From assembly GCF_001194135.2 (NCBI RefSeq), contig NC_068989.1:66399363-66462102 (forward strand): a stretch of 62,740 nt of DNA, in the 5' to 3' direction. The notes below the pieces were generated by a model that had not been told where the DNA came from, made no database searches, and was given only the letters and a program-made list of their open reading frames with translations. Positions 47,701 through 60,944 of the stretch are shown here, one piece after another. The DNA is from Octopus bimaculoides. Taxonomy: Eukaryota. The position numbers and the translations under genes are program-made. Position 1 is the stretch's first letter, and the number at the start of each line of letters is the position of its first letter.

Positions 47701-48508
47701 CTCACATGAATATAAACAGACACACGGTAAAACGTTTGACTTGACAATGTTTAGCTTTCATGGTAAACAAGTAAACAAGAATTAACTCTGACAAAATAGA
47801 AAAAAAGAAAAGCAATTGAATCTGAAAAAAAGTCATGATGAGGTCACAGATGTGTAACGAAAGCGTGCTGAGATAAAATTTTAAAAAATCTGTTATGGAA
47901 ATGGAAAGATATGAAGTAACACTGAGGCAGGTATTCAAGAAAATTGAATTAACTATCGATCTAAACAAATACATCGCAAACAAGTAAAAGATGAAATAAT
48001 GGTAAACATAACCAGATAGAGACGAGAGTCATTGTAATACCAAACACTTTATTATTAGAAACAAACATGAAATTTCAGCGAAATAAAAAAAACTGAGACT
48101 AACAAGATTTTCCGAAACTTTTAAAAGCATCTATCTTTTTACTTGCCAACAGGTGACTCCTTGCGGGTACACAAGCATGTATACAAATACACATAGATAC
48201 ATACATGCATACTCACACGTGAACGCTCACCGCCCCAGATATAGAACTATATATATACAAACATAAAACAAACATAAATACCTACACAAGCAAGCAGTAA
48301 AATGACTTGGCAACATTTGGCAGCGGAATATGAAAAAAGTTATGTGATGAGAGAAGTGACGTGAAACGAAAATATGAAAAAAAAACAAATGAACAACAGA
48401 AGATTGCAAAAAAAAACAGTGAAGTAACAGAGCGGATGTTTTAAATTTCACAGTTCCTTGAGGGACAAAAAAAAAACTAACTCTATATATCTACATATAT
48501 ACATAATA

Positions 48509-48590
48509 CAGTGGTTCCCACCCTGTGGTCCGCGCGCGGACCTCTGATGGTCTGCAAAGGTACTGAGGGTCCGTGAACTAAATTCAAAAT
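48509..48590 (+). mobile_element. hAT-Charlie-like MITE end
   Basis: CAGTGGTTCCCACCCTGTGGTCCGCG...GGACC, a typical Charlie/MER5-type terminus. Confidence 0.55.
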
Positions 48591-49826
48591 CTTATATATA
48601 TATATATATATNNNNNNNNNNNNNNNNNNNNNNNNNNNNNNNNNNNNNNNNNNNNNNNNNNNNNNNNNNNNNNNNNNNNNNNNNNNNNNNNNNNNNNNNN
48701 NNNNNNNNNNNNNNNNNNNNNNNNNNNNNNNNNNNNNNNNNNNNNNNNNNNNNNNNNNNNNNNNNNNNNNNNNNNNNNNNNNNNNNNNNNNNNNNNNNNN
48801 NNNNNNNNNNNNNNNNNNNNNNNNNNNNNNNNNNNNNNNNNNNNNNNNNNNNNNNNNNNNNNNNNNNNNNNNNNNNNNNNNNNNNNNNNNNNNNNNNNNN
48901 NNNNNNNNNNNNNNNNNNNNNNNNNNNNNNNNNNNNNNNNNNNNNNNNNNNNNNNNNNNNNNNNNNNNNNNNNNNNNNNNNNNNNNNNNNNNNNNNNNNN
49001 NNNNNNNNNNNNNNNNNNNNNNNNNNNNNNNNNNNNNNNNNNNNNNNNNNNNNNNNNNNNNNNNNNNNNNNNNNNNNNNNNNNNNNNNNNNNNNNNNNNN
49101 NNNNNNNNNNNNNNNNNNNNNNNNNNNNNNNNNNNNNNNNNNNNNNNNNNNNNNNNNNNNNNNNNNNNNNNNNNNNNNNNNNNNNNNNNNNNNNNNNNNN
49201 NNNNNNNNNNNNNNNNNNNNNNNNNNNNNNNNNNNNNNNNNNNNNNNNNNNNNNNNNNNNNNNNNNNNNNNNNNNNNNNNNNNNNNNNNNNNNNNNNNNN
49301 NNNNNNNNNNNNNNNNNNNNNNNNNNNNNNNNNAGAGACTTCCAACACGATCGATTTTTATTCCATTTATTTAATTATTTACCATTCGATGTCAACATTT
49401 CTGTGCTCAACTCTATCCAGCGACTGATCCGTTGGATGTCTGACGTTTGGCACTTCCTCAGGAATGGCTTCCATTAGAACAAATGACCAAAAAACACAAT
49501 TATCTATCAGAACAGATTATTAAAAATTATTTATTTAACTATACCGTTCTTCCGCCATGCTGTCTTGGTTGTTTTGATTAACAAGTAGGTAAATATAGGT
49601 TATTTTATAGTTCATGGTTAGCAATTGGGTTGCTATATATACGAATAAATATCCCAAATTAGGGAATGGAGTAGATAAAATCCAGGCTACATATGTTTCA
49701 TAGCTGCCTACTCTTCAGGTCAAGAATACCTTGATTATATGAAATTTACATTATCGTTAGAAGATCCCGTGTTCATTCGCAGGTATTCGATCGAAATGCG
49801 TAGAAAGCGCAGTTCGAGAGGAGAAC

Positions 49827-49881
<55 letters not shown>

Positions 49882-50987
49882 CATCTATATATATATATGT
49901 ATATATATTGTGTACATATATATATGCATACTCAGCATTGTATACACATTTCATAGAGTATACTCATTTACTATAAAACACTCAAAACCAGAATGAAGTA
50001 CTGCATGTACCCATTGAACTTTTANNNNNNNNNNNNNNNNNNNNNNNNNNNNNNNNNNNNNNNNNNNNNNNNNNNNNNNNNNNNNNNNNNNNNNNNNNNN
50101 NNNNNNNNNNNNNNNNNNNNNNNNNNNNNNNNNNNNNNNNNNNNNNNNNNNNNNNNNNNNNNNNNNNNNNNNNNNNNNNNNNNNNNNNNNNNNNNNNNNN
50201 NNNNNNNNNNNNNNNNNNNNNNNNNNNNNNNNNNNNNNNNNNNNNNNNNNNNNNNNNNNNNNNNNNNNNNNNNNNNNNNNNNNNNNNNNNNNNNNNNNNN
50301 NNNNNNNNNNNNNNNNNNNNNNNNNNNNNNNNNNNNNNNNNNNNNNNNNNNNNNNNNNNNNNNNNNNNNNNNNNNNNNNNNNNNNNNNNNNNNNNNNNNN
50401 NNNNNNNNNNNNNNNNNNNNNNNNNNNNNNNNNNNNNNNNNNNNNNNNNNNNNNNNNNNNNNNNNNNNNNNNNNNNNNNNNNNNNNNNNNNNNNNNNNNN
50501 NNNNNNNNNNNNNNNNNNNNNNNNNNNNNNNNNNNNNNNNNNNNNNNNNNNNNNNNNNNNNNNNNNNNNNNNNNNNNNNNNNNNNNNNNNNNNNNNNNNN
50601 NNNNNNNNNNNNNNNNNNNNNNNNNNNNNNNNNNNNNNNNNNNNNNNNNNNNNNNNNNNNNNNNNNNNNNNNNNNNNNNNNNNNNNNNNNNNNNNNNNNN
50701 NNNNNNNNNNNNNNNNNNNNNNNNNNNNNNNNNNNNNNNNNNNNNNNNNNNNNNNNNNNNNNNNNNNNNNNNNNNNNNNNNNNNNNNNNNNNNNNNNNNN
50801 NNNNNNNNNNNNNNNNNNNNNNNNNNNNNNNNNNNNNNNNNNNNNNNNNNNNNNNNNNNNNNNNNNNNNNNNNNNNNNNNNNNNNNNNNNNNNNNNNNNN
50901 NNNNNNNNNNNNNNNNNNNNNNNNNNNNNNNNNNNNNNNNNNNNNNNNNNNNNNNNNNNNNNNNNNNNNNNNNNNNNNNNNNNNNNA

Positions 50988-51300
50988 GTGTTTATTGTGC
51001 AAAAACACCTAAAGCTCCACGAGGCTCCGGCAGGGGATGGTGGTGAACCCTGCTGTACTCTTCCACCACAACTTTCTCTCATTCTTACTTCCTGTTTCTG
51101 TTGTGCCTGTAATTCAAAGGGTCAGCCTTGTCACACTGTGTCACGCTGAATATCCCCGAGAATTACGTTAAGGGTACACGTGTCTGTGGAGTGCTCAGCC
51201 ACTTACACGTTAATTTCACGAGCAGGCTGTTCCGTTGATCGGATCAACTGGAACCCTCGACGTTGTAAGCGACGGAGTGCCAACAACAACAACAACAACA
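50988..51300 (+). mobile_element. SINE-like retroposon 3' part with (CAA)n tail
   Basis: GC-richer block ending GACGGAGTGC-(CAA)n; the 5' end is lost in the gap. Confidence 0.5.
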
Positions 51301-53139
51301 ATAGCTAAAAAGGACTGACAGGTTACTAATTTCTGATTGGTTAAAATAACACAAAAGTGTCATACTGAACTATATCTACACACGGTTGCTAAATTGGCCA
51401 CTCGTAGACTGCATTAAAAATAACTATTGATAGGAATGAATATAAGGCAATCGACATCGTAGATCAAATAAAGATGTAAAATTTTTGAAGGAAAAAATGA
51501 TAAAGCTTATGAATTGGTCAAGGGATCGAAACAAGATAACACGTACACCGGCACACTGTGCAAAGGTGAAATCTTTGTTAGATACATATTTGTTTTGCTT
51601 TCGTGCTGCCATATATTAATGCTGAGTTGGCGGGTAAAATGAAGTGGAACCACAAACTGCAAAATGTATGCTGCTACTCAACTACATAACTAAGATATCA
51701 TGTGTATTTTGCATTATCTCGTGTATTCATTTTGTATTTTCTTGTGTATTCATGCCAATGCGCATGCGTGTGTGCAATACAAATCAACATTGAATATGTA
51801 ATAATTTATGAAAGAGAAGCAAAATAAAAATACAAGGAAATCCTACTTGTTGTCTGGAAGACTCAGAAAACATGTTTAAAACTATTGAAAAGTGGAAATG
51901 ATTAAATACTAACTAACTGGGGAAAAAAATCAATACTATGTTCCAGTGTTAGAGAAAATTAGCAGATTATAAAACAATTTATTAAAAAAAAGAAAGAATT
52001 AAAGCCGTAATTCTACTGATTAGGATTGGGGCGGGTATTCAGTGGGAAAACGATGCTTCTATGTTTGTTATAGTTTGTCCTGAAGACATCCTGTATGATA
52101 AATGATGTTATTACTGTGTCACTATTGAGTTGGTCAATATTTGATATGACTTGTAATTACTGCATCGTAGTTGGTTACTGTTAATTCTGACTGAAATGAA
52201 GTGGTGGGAACAGAGGAGAAAATTGTGGTCTATGATGATATATCGCGTTTGAAAATTTGGCTTCGAACTATGGTGAAACGGGACTTGGGTGGTAGATATG
52301 TAGGCAAGTAAAATGTTAGATTAAGGCATACATAGTGATTGAAGTTCGAAAGTAGATTCAGTATTACGTAGCTATTATCGTAATAAATCTGTAGGAGATT
52401 GTAGACTTATAAACAAACGCACTGGCAAATTACGTAGAAATGTAAACACCTGCTGTGCTACTTTGTTTTTTAGAGAAAATGTCTGTTCAATAAGAAAGTT
52501 GGTTGTTGTTGCAACATAAACAGTCAACAGTTGTAATCTTTTTCGTAGCTCCGGTAATAAACTGTGGAAAATTAAAAAGAACTGTTTGTGTTAGTGAAGT
52601 GAAAAATTGAGCGAAGTAAAAGGTAGTTGAAGATAACGTACGTGGTTTTAGACTGGCGAAGGTTATTCTGCCCAAGTTAAGTCGAAAAGAAAACGCTAGC
52701 TGAACGAAAGAGAGGAAGAGACAAAGAGAGACAAATAAGGCTGCTTAACCATGGTTGTCGGTGAAAGCTAAGATAGAGAGAGAGAGAGTGAGACTGTCGT
52801 GTCTTCTCTTAAACAGCTTAATCATGGCTCACAGATTACAGTCTCTGATTAGCTATTCCTGATTACTTAAAAGAACATGCGTGATAACGACGAAAAATGA
52901 TCGTGTATTTTGTTAAATTATTCCAATATTATCTGACAAGCTACTAATTTGATTGACTAAAAGACAACACTTGCCTTATTAGTGATAAAATAGCGAAATT
53001 AAACTGTCGTCTGCACAAGACTTAAAAACAACAACGAGTTCTTATATTAGCCACAAGGGCCTAAGACATTGGGGAACAATACACAGGAGAAATAAGCAGC
53101 AGACAACAAACAAAAAAATGCATGGGTAGATTTACATCG

Positions 53140-53395
53140 GGTTAATTTTCAGATTCATACCCGCACGATTTTCACTAGGGTGTTAGGGTTAGGGTTTTAT
53201 GGTCAGGGTTACAGTTTTAAGGTTAGGGTTACGGTTAGGGTTAGGGACGGAATTCCCTAACCCTAACCTTAAAACCCTAACCTGACCCTAAAACCCTAAC
53301 TCTAACCCTAAACCCTAAAACCCTAACTCTGACCCTAAAACCCTAACCGTAACACACTAGTGAAAATTGTGCGGGTGTTAATCTGAAGATTTACC
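53140..53395. mobile_element. MITE with GG-initiated TIRs, 8-bp TSD and head-to-head telomere-like repeats (Merlin-like)
   Basis: TIRs GGTTAATTTTCAGATTCATACCCGCACGATTTTCACTAG / GGTAAATCTTCAGATTAACACCCGCACAATTTTCACTAG; TSD TTACATCG at 53132-53139 and 53396-53403. Confidence 0.85.
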
Positions 53396-54049
53396 TTACA
53401 TCGAGTTGAAAATGGGACGAGCAAAGCAACAAAAAGCACATTATTAAATTGATGGTAAAAAAAAAGTAATAACAGTATAGCAAAATAAATTATAAACAAC
53501 TAAGGTTTCGCGAAATGGGAACAAATCATTGGAATAATCCGTGACATACCAAAATAATAACCAGGATTTACCCACCGAACATCATAAGCAAATAATTTTT
53601 CCAAGCTTTTGCCAACAATTAATTAATCTATTGTAGATCTACCTGCGCATATTATTTTGTCGTTTTACTTTTCAAAAAAATTATTGGAGTATAACACTAA
53701 TTTTCTTCTCTGTGCGGTACTTAATAGAAGTTGATGTATTTCCAAAGAAAATATTTGACAGTTATTTGTCAGTCTCTTGCTTCTTCAGACAGTCTCAGGG
53801 GACGGGAAACAAGTGAAACTGACTGTAAGATTTTGATTCTAAAAATCAATTTTATACACTCTACATGCGTATTGAGTGATTTCTCAATTAATGTTTTAAT
53901 GATTTGATGTACGGCAACATAAGTATAAAACATTCACATCATAGTAAGTATGTGTGTGTGTGTGTGTGTGCGCGCGCTTATGTAGATATAAATAAACACA
54001 TAGATATATGTATGCATATATGGCATAAATGTGCTATATATATGTGTGT

Positions 54050-54085
<36 letters not shown>

Positions 54086-54393
54086 CGCCCCCACACTCTC
54101 ATGCATGATAAAAACATACATGTACAAATTTGTGTGTTTATGTAGATGTATGTATGCAGATATATATACATGTATGTATGTATGTGTATATATGTAGATA
54201 CACACACACACACACACATTTATATATATGTATGTATTCTTGAATGCATATATTAGCACGGTATAGTCGACATTTTTCAATTTCCGTTTCACTTTTCATG
54301 AAAACGTTGTAATATCTCTAAGTAATTAAATTTCCGTCGAATATCTCTTTGAGCAATCTTATGCTAAATTCCTATGGTGTAGTGAGTGAGTGA

Positions 54394-54442
<49 letters not shown>

Positions 54443-54482
54443 TGTGGGTGGGTGTGCGCGCACGCGCGCGCGTGTGTGTGTA

Positions 54483-55666
54483 CCAGGTTGAGGCAAAAAA
54501 ATTTTCGGATTTACATTGTTGATTCTTAGTAACTTATATCTTCGTGTTATATGAATAATTTGATACAAATTGTTGTCCAATCGTTGCTGAATTATTTATT
54601 CATAATTTTACAGCATTTTACGGTACCTGTGGATAAAAGGATCGAGTGCAAAGACAGCGGCAAAAGAAATTAATGATGTAGAAGACATAAGAACTGACAA
54701 CGAACATGTAGAACAACACGTTTTTAGGTAGGTGTTACCATGCTCGAAGACAAGTCAATGTTAAGGAAATTCTTTGTTTTGGAAGATGAGGCCCTGCTTG
54801 AAATAGTTTAACGGCTAAACACAAGCACTCGTACATTGTCAGCAGAGCACTTGCCTTCACAAAGCACCATTAGTCAATGCTTCCCTAAGTCCAGCCTTGT
54901 GAATAGACGCTGAACTGACCAATTACCAGGCTCAATGAAGTATAAATGTTTGCAAAACAACTGCTGACAAATCGTCGAAATGTTCGTTTTTGGCGTCATA
55001 TTGTAAATGGAAATGAAGAATGGATCTATTTTCGCAATTTTAATATGAGAAATCTGTGGTTTCGCCCCGGCCAGGCTTCAGAAGCCACTGTCAAGGAAGG
55101 GTGGTTGAACAGAAGGTTATGTTGTGTATTTGTTGGAATTTCGAGGTAATACTGCACTTTGAGCTTGTCTCAGATGACCAAACTGTGAATGCTAACCTTT
55201 ATGCTCAACAAATGCAGCGAGTATATGATGCTTTGAAAACCCGCTACCTGACATTAATCAATCGAAAATGCACGCTACTACAGCAACACAGTCCTCCAGC
55301 ATACACCGCCAGTGTGACCAAGCGCAAACTCGAGGAATTCGAGAAGATGAAAGTGTTTCCTCACCCTGTCTGCAGTCCATACCTTTGCCATCAGATTACC
55401 ACCTTTCCAAGCCATGGCTCATTTCCTGCACCGATGGAGGTTCAGCAATGTGGAAGGGATTGAAAACGAGTGGCGGGAGCTTTTCCCCTCTAAACTAACC
55501 AAATGGTAAAGCGTGCAATTTAGCTTCTGAAATAACGATGGCAACAGACAATATATGATAGCATACGTTTTGATGAATTCCCGCTTTTCGTATGTGATTT
55601 GTTTGAACTTTTGTTTATAGCTATAAATTAAAGCTTGAAATACGAAAAGCTTTTGACTCAACCTGA
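54483..55666 (+). mobile_element. Near-full-length degenerate mariner (DD34D-type) transposon
   Basis: TIRs CCAGGTTGAGGCAAAAAAATTTTCGGATTT / TCAGGTTGAGTCAAAAGCTTTTCGTATTT, TA on both sides; frameshifted RHIVNGNEEWIYF, KVMLCICWNFEVILHFEL, PHPVCSPYL/PSDYHL. Confidence 0.92.
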
Positions 55667-55979
55667 TACGCGCAAACACATGTATGTATGTGTGTGGGGT
55701 GCGCGCGTGCGTAAAGCAGGAATACTTAGCAATGGCGAAATTTAGAAATCAAACTCGTATCATTACATCTGATGCAAAAAGAAAAATCAACTCAAGAACA
55801 AGATATCGATTCGCTAAAATATTACCGACGTCACCAAAATATTTGTCCATTTCAGGTTTCGTGTGTAACCGGATCTAACAATGATCACATCTTTGGTGCG
55901 CTTTTTCTGATAAAGTGACACAAGCAATATATAGATAGGAATGGACGTTGTGTTAGAACACACGACGCTGTGATAGTTA

Positions 55980-56208
55980 CGATGAGAGATTCTCTAATAT
56001 GAGACATTGGTGCATATAAGCACTTTTATTTACTTCGCTAGCGGGAGATATGCTATCTCTAGCGGTCGAGCGTCTACCATTGACAAAGCAAGGGAAGGCT
56101 GAAATCACGTGATCAGGTTGTCTCGGAGGTGGCGACGACGCGTGATTTATCTCCCGCTAGCGATGTAAGAAGAGTGCTTCTATGCTCATATGAGTGATTC
56201 CCTCATAG
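55980..56208. mobile_element. TA-flanked MITE with ~60-bp imperfect TIRs
   Basis: GCACTTTTATTTACTTCGCTAGCGGGAGATA vs reverse complement GCACTCTTCTTACATCGCTAGCGGGAGATA; termini TA-CGATGAG and TA-CTATGAG. Confidence 0.7.
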
Positions 56209-56222
56209 TATTTATCGCAGTG

Positions 56223-56288
<66 letters not shown>

Positions 56289-56944
56289 AAGTGTCTGTGT
56301 GTGCATGTGTGTGTGTATGTATGTGTGTGTATAAGACCAATTGTTAAATTAGTTTGAGGCGAGTGTCACATAGATTGCTTCACGGTAATCGTTTTAACTA
56401 CCTGAGCACCGAGTTCAAATCCCAGTTTATCATCTATCTCTCGCAGAGTCGATAAATAGCATACCAATCCGGATGTAAATAGACATTTAATCCATAATTG
56501 TTCGTTCGACAAACTATACTTTGCTGAACGAACAGTTACGGATTAGATGTTCATTTATTGTCATATTAATCCTCGAGTTTTTTTTTTTTTTAATTCTAAG
56601 TAGCTTTTTATTCTAAGAACTCTTCATCCGTTTAGAATAAAAATGCCAACCGTATAGTGGATCAATTGCAAAATACGTTGATGATTCCTTACATACTAAC
56701 ATTCATTGTTAGTGTATATCTCAGCACATCTTCTTTGGTGTGGTGGGTAGCAGCTTGAGGTTGTTGATGTGATGACTATTTGTGAGTGAATGTGTGAGTG
56801 TGTGTGTTTTATGATTGACTGAGCTGAATGGAAAAGATAGTGTTCTTTTAGAATATTGCTGTATTAATGCTCTGGGTGTTCTGTATTTTGTCTGTGATTT
56901 TTTTTTTTTTTTCATTTTTATGATAAATGTTATGACTGTTGAAA

Positions 56945-57099
56945 TTTTTGGGCTCTGTCATAAGAAGTATGCTTCCCAACCACATGATTCCGCATTCAGT
57001 CCCACTGCGTGGCACGTTGGGCAAGGGTCTTCTATAATAGCCTCGGGCCGACCAAAGCCTTGTGAGTGGATTTAGTAGCGAAGACTGAAGGAAGCTCGT

Positions 57100-57145
<46 letters not shown>

Positions 57146-57410
57146 TGTGTGTATATGTGTGTGTGTGTATGTGTGTGGGTAAGTGTGTGGGGGTGGGGGT
57201 GCGCGCGTGCATTTGTGTTTGCTTGTGTGCATGTGTATGTTGGTGTGTTTAGGTCCCCATAGCTTAGCAGTTCGGTGAAAATGACAGAATAAATACCAGG
57301 CTTAAAGACGTAAGTATTGGGGCCGATTTGTTCGACTAAAATTTTTCAAGTCGATGCACCAGTATGGCCGCCGTATAATGTCTGACGCAAATCAAAAGAC
57401 AAAAAAGATA
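56945..57410 (+). mobile_element. Near-complete family A/D SINE with central (TG)n
   Basis: A head, microsatellite and D tail are contiguous, with CpGs retained. Confidence 0.75.
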
Positions 57411-58104
57411 ACACTACACCTTTTCCATTTGACTTGATGTTTCACCTACCTTAACTACTTTTGTGTCTTTGTGCATATGGACGGTGTACAGCTTGGGATA
57501 ACGCGTAGCGTGTGTTTTCGTGTAGTTTGCAATTTATTGTAGTTTGCTATGCAATTGTTAGGGATCCCATGTAGGCTTGACATAATCTGTGATGACTCAC
57601 TATCAGGGACACGCCGGTATGTATGCAATTAAAGAATAAATGTCATTTGACGTTGGTATAATGGCCAGAAGACCTTTAATTATGGTTATACTCGGTCAGG
57701 GCCGACCTGAGGTTAATAAAATAAATGCAAGCGAGAGAGGCTGTTAAATATTCATACTATTATTCTGCTTGCGACAGTATAGGTTCAATCTCAACTACGG
57801 AATAAAATCGGAGACATAATTGAAGTATTCACCAAAATAAAACAATGTGATGAAAATCAATGAATTTATGCATTAAAGCTGAAAAAAGAACTTTTATAAA
57901 AAATGACTCCCGTTATTATATATTTCATTAATAATCATATTAATGAAGAGTTCAGTTTTAATGGATGGATATAGATGGTTGATAGAATAAGTACTATCGG
58001 AGACTAGTATTCTGCAGGTACTTGTCTTTTGAACCCCCAAAAGACGAGAGGCAACGATAAATAAAGTAGTTTTCGAAATATTTGAACTTAGAATGTTAAA
58101 AATA

Positions 58105-58550
58105 AGTAATTGGTTTCAAATTTGTGGCACAAGGCCAGCAATTTCGCGTAAGCAATTTCGAAAGTCGATTACATTGACCTCAGTCTTCAACTGGAACTTA
58201 TTTTATCGATGCCGAATGGATAACAGACAAAGTCGACCTCGTTGGAATTTGAACTCTGAGCGTAGAGACAGACGAAAAGACGCTTTGCGTTCTGCCCGGC
58301 GTGTTAAGGATTCTGCCAGCTTGCCGTCTTTATGCAACTGAATATTGGTTTCAAATCTCGGCACAAGAACCAGCAATTTCGAGAGAAGGCTTACGTCGAT
58401 TACATCGACTCCAGTGATCCACTGGTACTTATTTTATCGACACTGAAAAAATGAAAGGTAAAGTTGACCAGACGAAATCTGAATTCTGGAAGTAGAGGCG
58501 GACGAAATGCCGCAAAGCATTTTGCTCGGTGTACCATCTCTCCACCTTTA
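58105..58550 (-). mobile_element. Two tandem family C SINE copies
   Basis: GGTTTCAAAT..GGCACAAG.CCAGCAATTTCG begins each copy (58112, 58327). Confidence 0.7.
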
Positions 58551-59280
58551 AGCAGTTAAGTATTGGATGTCATTTTTGTCAGTCACTCTGCTGGTTTTCC
58601 TATGTTAGCAGTTCAACACAATACAATATATACTAATGCGTATAAACAACTTTGAACCGTATTAATAGAAATATATATTGATAACTTTGAATTAACAGTT
58701 TCAAAATATACAACTTTAAAGTGCTGCTTGGTTTCCTAACGCTTATGAATAGAAGGAAAAAGTGTCGCAAGAAATAAGTCACCGGCTTTTGACTGATTTA
58801 ATAGCTTCTTTCTTGTTCTTTGACTAATTCATTACGTCTGGCAGTTACTCGAAATTTAGGATAGGTTTATTGCATGTGCCATGATTTCATTAACTGTACA
58901 GGGTCCCTACGTAGCCAGCGAAAAACATAGATACCCTCTCGGCTCTCCAACTCTTGAGATAGCGAAATATCCAGAATATGACCGCTGGAGAGAGAAAGGG
59001 CTGCACCAACACTCTGTTTGTAATCCTTTCAGCTAAGCTGCCTGGAACAACGTGAAATGAAATGCAATGCTCAAGGACACATGTTATCAAATTCAAAATT
59101 CGTACCCACCACTTTATGATCTTAATCCCAGCATCCTAACCACCAGGCCAAGTACTTCAATTTTTTTAAAGATACGAAATAAAACAAGTGATTTTTCATA
59201 TATAATGCCAATAATTAAATTATGTTGTTATGGTGTTTATGGTTAGTTTACAAGCGACTTAAAATATTTAATCACTTTAA

Positions 59281-59744
59281 TTATCACCCTGTGCGCATAA
59301 GGGAAAGCAGGGTATTGTAATCACTCGTCTTTGTGTGTTTGTCTGTGTGCTTGCAAAATTGCTGGAAAACGACTGAATGGATTTTCACCACATTTGGCAC
59401 TCATAGGGTGAGTGGCTCGAAATGATGAACATTTGGTTTGATTATCTTTTTGTTCACTTTCTTTTTCATATGAATCGACCCTCACCTGCGTCTGTGTAGA
59501 TCATGGTGTACCTATGCACGTAGATACTTGTAGATAATACATACATATATACATACATACATACATATGCAGCTGTGTGTGTGTGTACAGTGATGGATTC
59601 GAAGGTTTCGTTTATTTACGAGTTGATTTCTTAATTTTATCGGAGTACAAATACCTATAATGGTGATACAAAAAAAGAAAAAAAAAGAATTCAGCTCAAT
59701 TAAAAGGCGAGGGTAAGCAACGCATTGTAAGCCACGCTATAGTT
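59281..59744 (+). mobile_element. HINE/DINE-1-like non-autonomous Helentron
   Basis: TTATCACCCTG...CAGGGTAT 5' hairpin, (TGTG/TGTC) microsatellite, GGATTTTCACCACATTTGG core, 3' GAGGGTAA plus degenerate stem-loop. Confidence 0.55.
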
Positions 59745-60944
59745 TGCAAAAAAAAGACTTATTTGCGCGCAAGGTATGCATCACCTTTCTGATGCCTTTT
59801 TAAAAAATTATAAATGAAATTTAAATTAATTATAGCTGCTTTGAAAGAACGAATGCGCATTATAACTGCCAACTACTTTTATCGTAGTTTTCTACCAGAC
59901 CTCTCAGTATAACTAGTTTTCTTGCTATAACTGGTGCTTCTATTAAAGTCTAGTCATATCAATATTCATTTGAAGATATTACACTTCGTAAAATGGACTC
60001 AAGCAACATCGATCCTATAGGGTCAAGCGTGTCCAAAATTGTCGTTTCGACACTGATAAGGGAAAGAATGGGATAATACTATATGCAAATTTAAGTGTGC
60101 AATCGTTAAATAGTCACATGAATATCAACAGACATACATTCATTCATTAGAATGAAAAATGCAGGCGCAGTCTCCTAGAATATTCTTAAGTATTGAACCT
60201 GGAAAAGTACAAGACAAGCAGTAATTAAACCCTAAAAAAAGTACAGGACAAAACGTTTTTAAAAAACCTTTAAAATTCCTAAAATTGTTCATTAAACAGT
60301 GTGTGCACTTTTCTATCTTTTTTTTTTTTTTGCTTTTACACATTCTGCACTTTTTTAAAAATTTTAGTCTATATTAAATTTCATTTAAAAAGATGTTTGT
60401 ATTAAGGTAAGCATTTGTCTTACTTTTAGTGTTATCTTATTCATTACATTCTATTTTCTTAACAATTTTCATTATCCAAAAATTTTAAATGACAGGTATT
60501 GTGTTACATTAAATCTATACAGAATATATGTAATTTAAAAATGCAAGTAAAACATACAAAACTTTTTTAAAGAAACAGAAGAATTAATTTCTTTAAAGTC
60601 TGCATTATCAGATAACAACGTATTTTCTATTTACATTAAAAAGAATATTTANNNNNNNNNNNNNNNNNNNNNNNNNNNNNNNNNNNNNNNNNNNNNNNNN
60701 NNNNNNNNNNNNNNNNNNNNNNNNNNNNNNNNNNNNNNNNNNNNNNNNNNNNNNNNNNNNNNNNNNNNNNNNNNNNNNNNNNNNNNNNNNNNNNNNNNNN
60801 NNNNNNNNNNNNNNNNNNNNNNNNNNNNNNNNNNNNNNNNNNNNNNNNNNNNNNNNNNNNNNNNNNNNNNNNNNNNNNNNNNNNNNNNNNNNNNNNNNNN
60901 NNNNNNNNNNNNNNNNNNNNNNNNNNNNNNNNNNNNNNNNNNNN

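Larger units (their letters stand above)
30681..50987. other. Scaffold gaps (several N runs in this span; others at ~3722, 11549 and 60652)
   Basis: N runs at ~30681-31185, 35958-36823, 37374-38302, 41921-42508, 48612-49333 and 50026-50987, mostly bordered by (TA)n or (GA)n. Confidence 0.98.

Noticed and set aside
47700-47990. Purine-rich coding-looking stretch after (CA)n-cag
   Set aside because: All frames hit stops within about 35 codons and I recognised no homology; no second host gene could be supported in 33-62 kb.
53170-53360. Ancient telomere-telomere fusion site
   Set aside because: The head-to-head repeats are enclosed by TIRs and an 8-bp TSD, which indicates a transposon.
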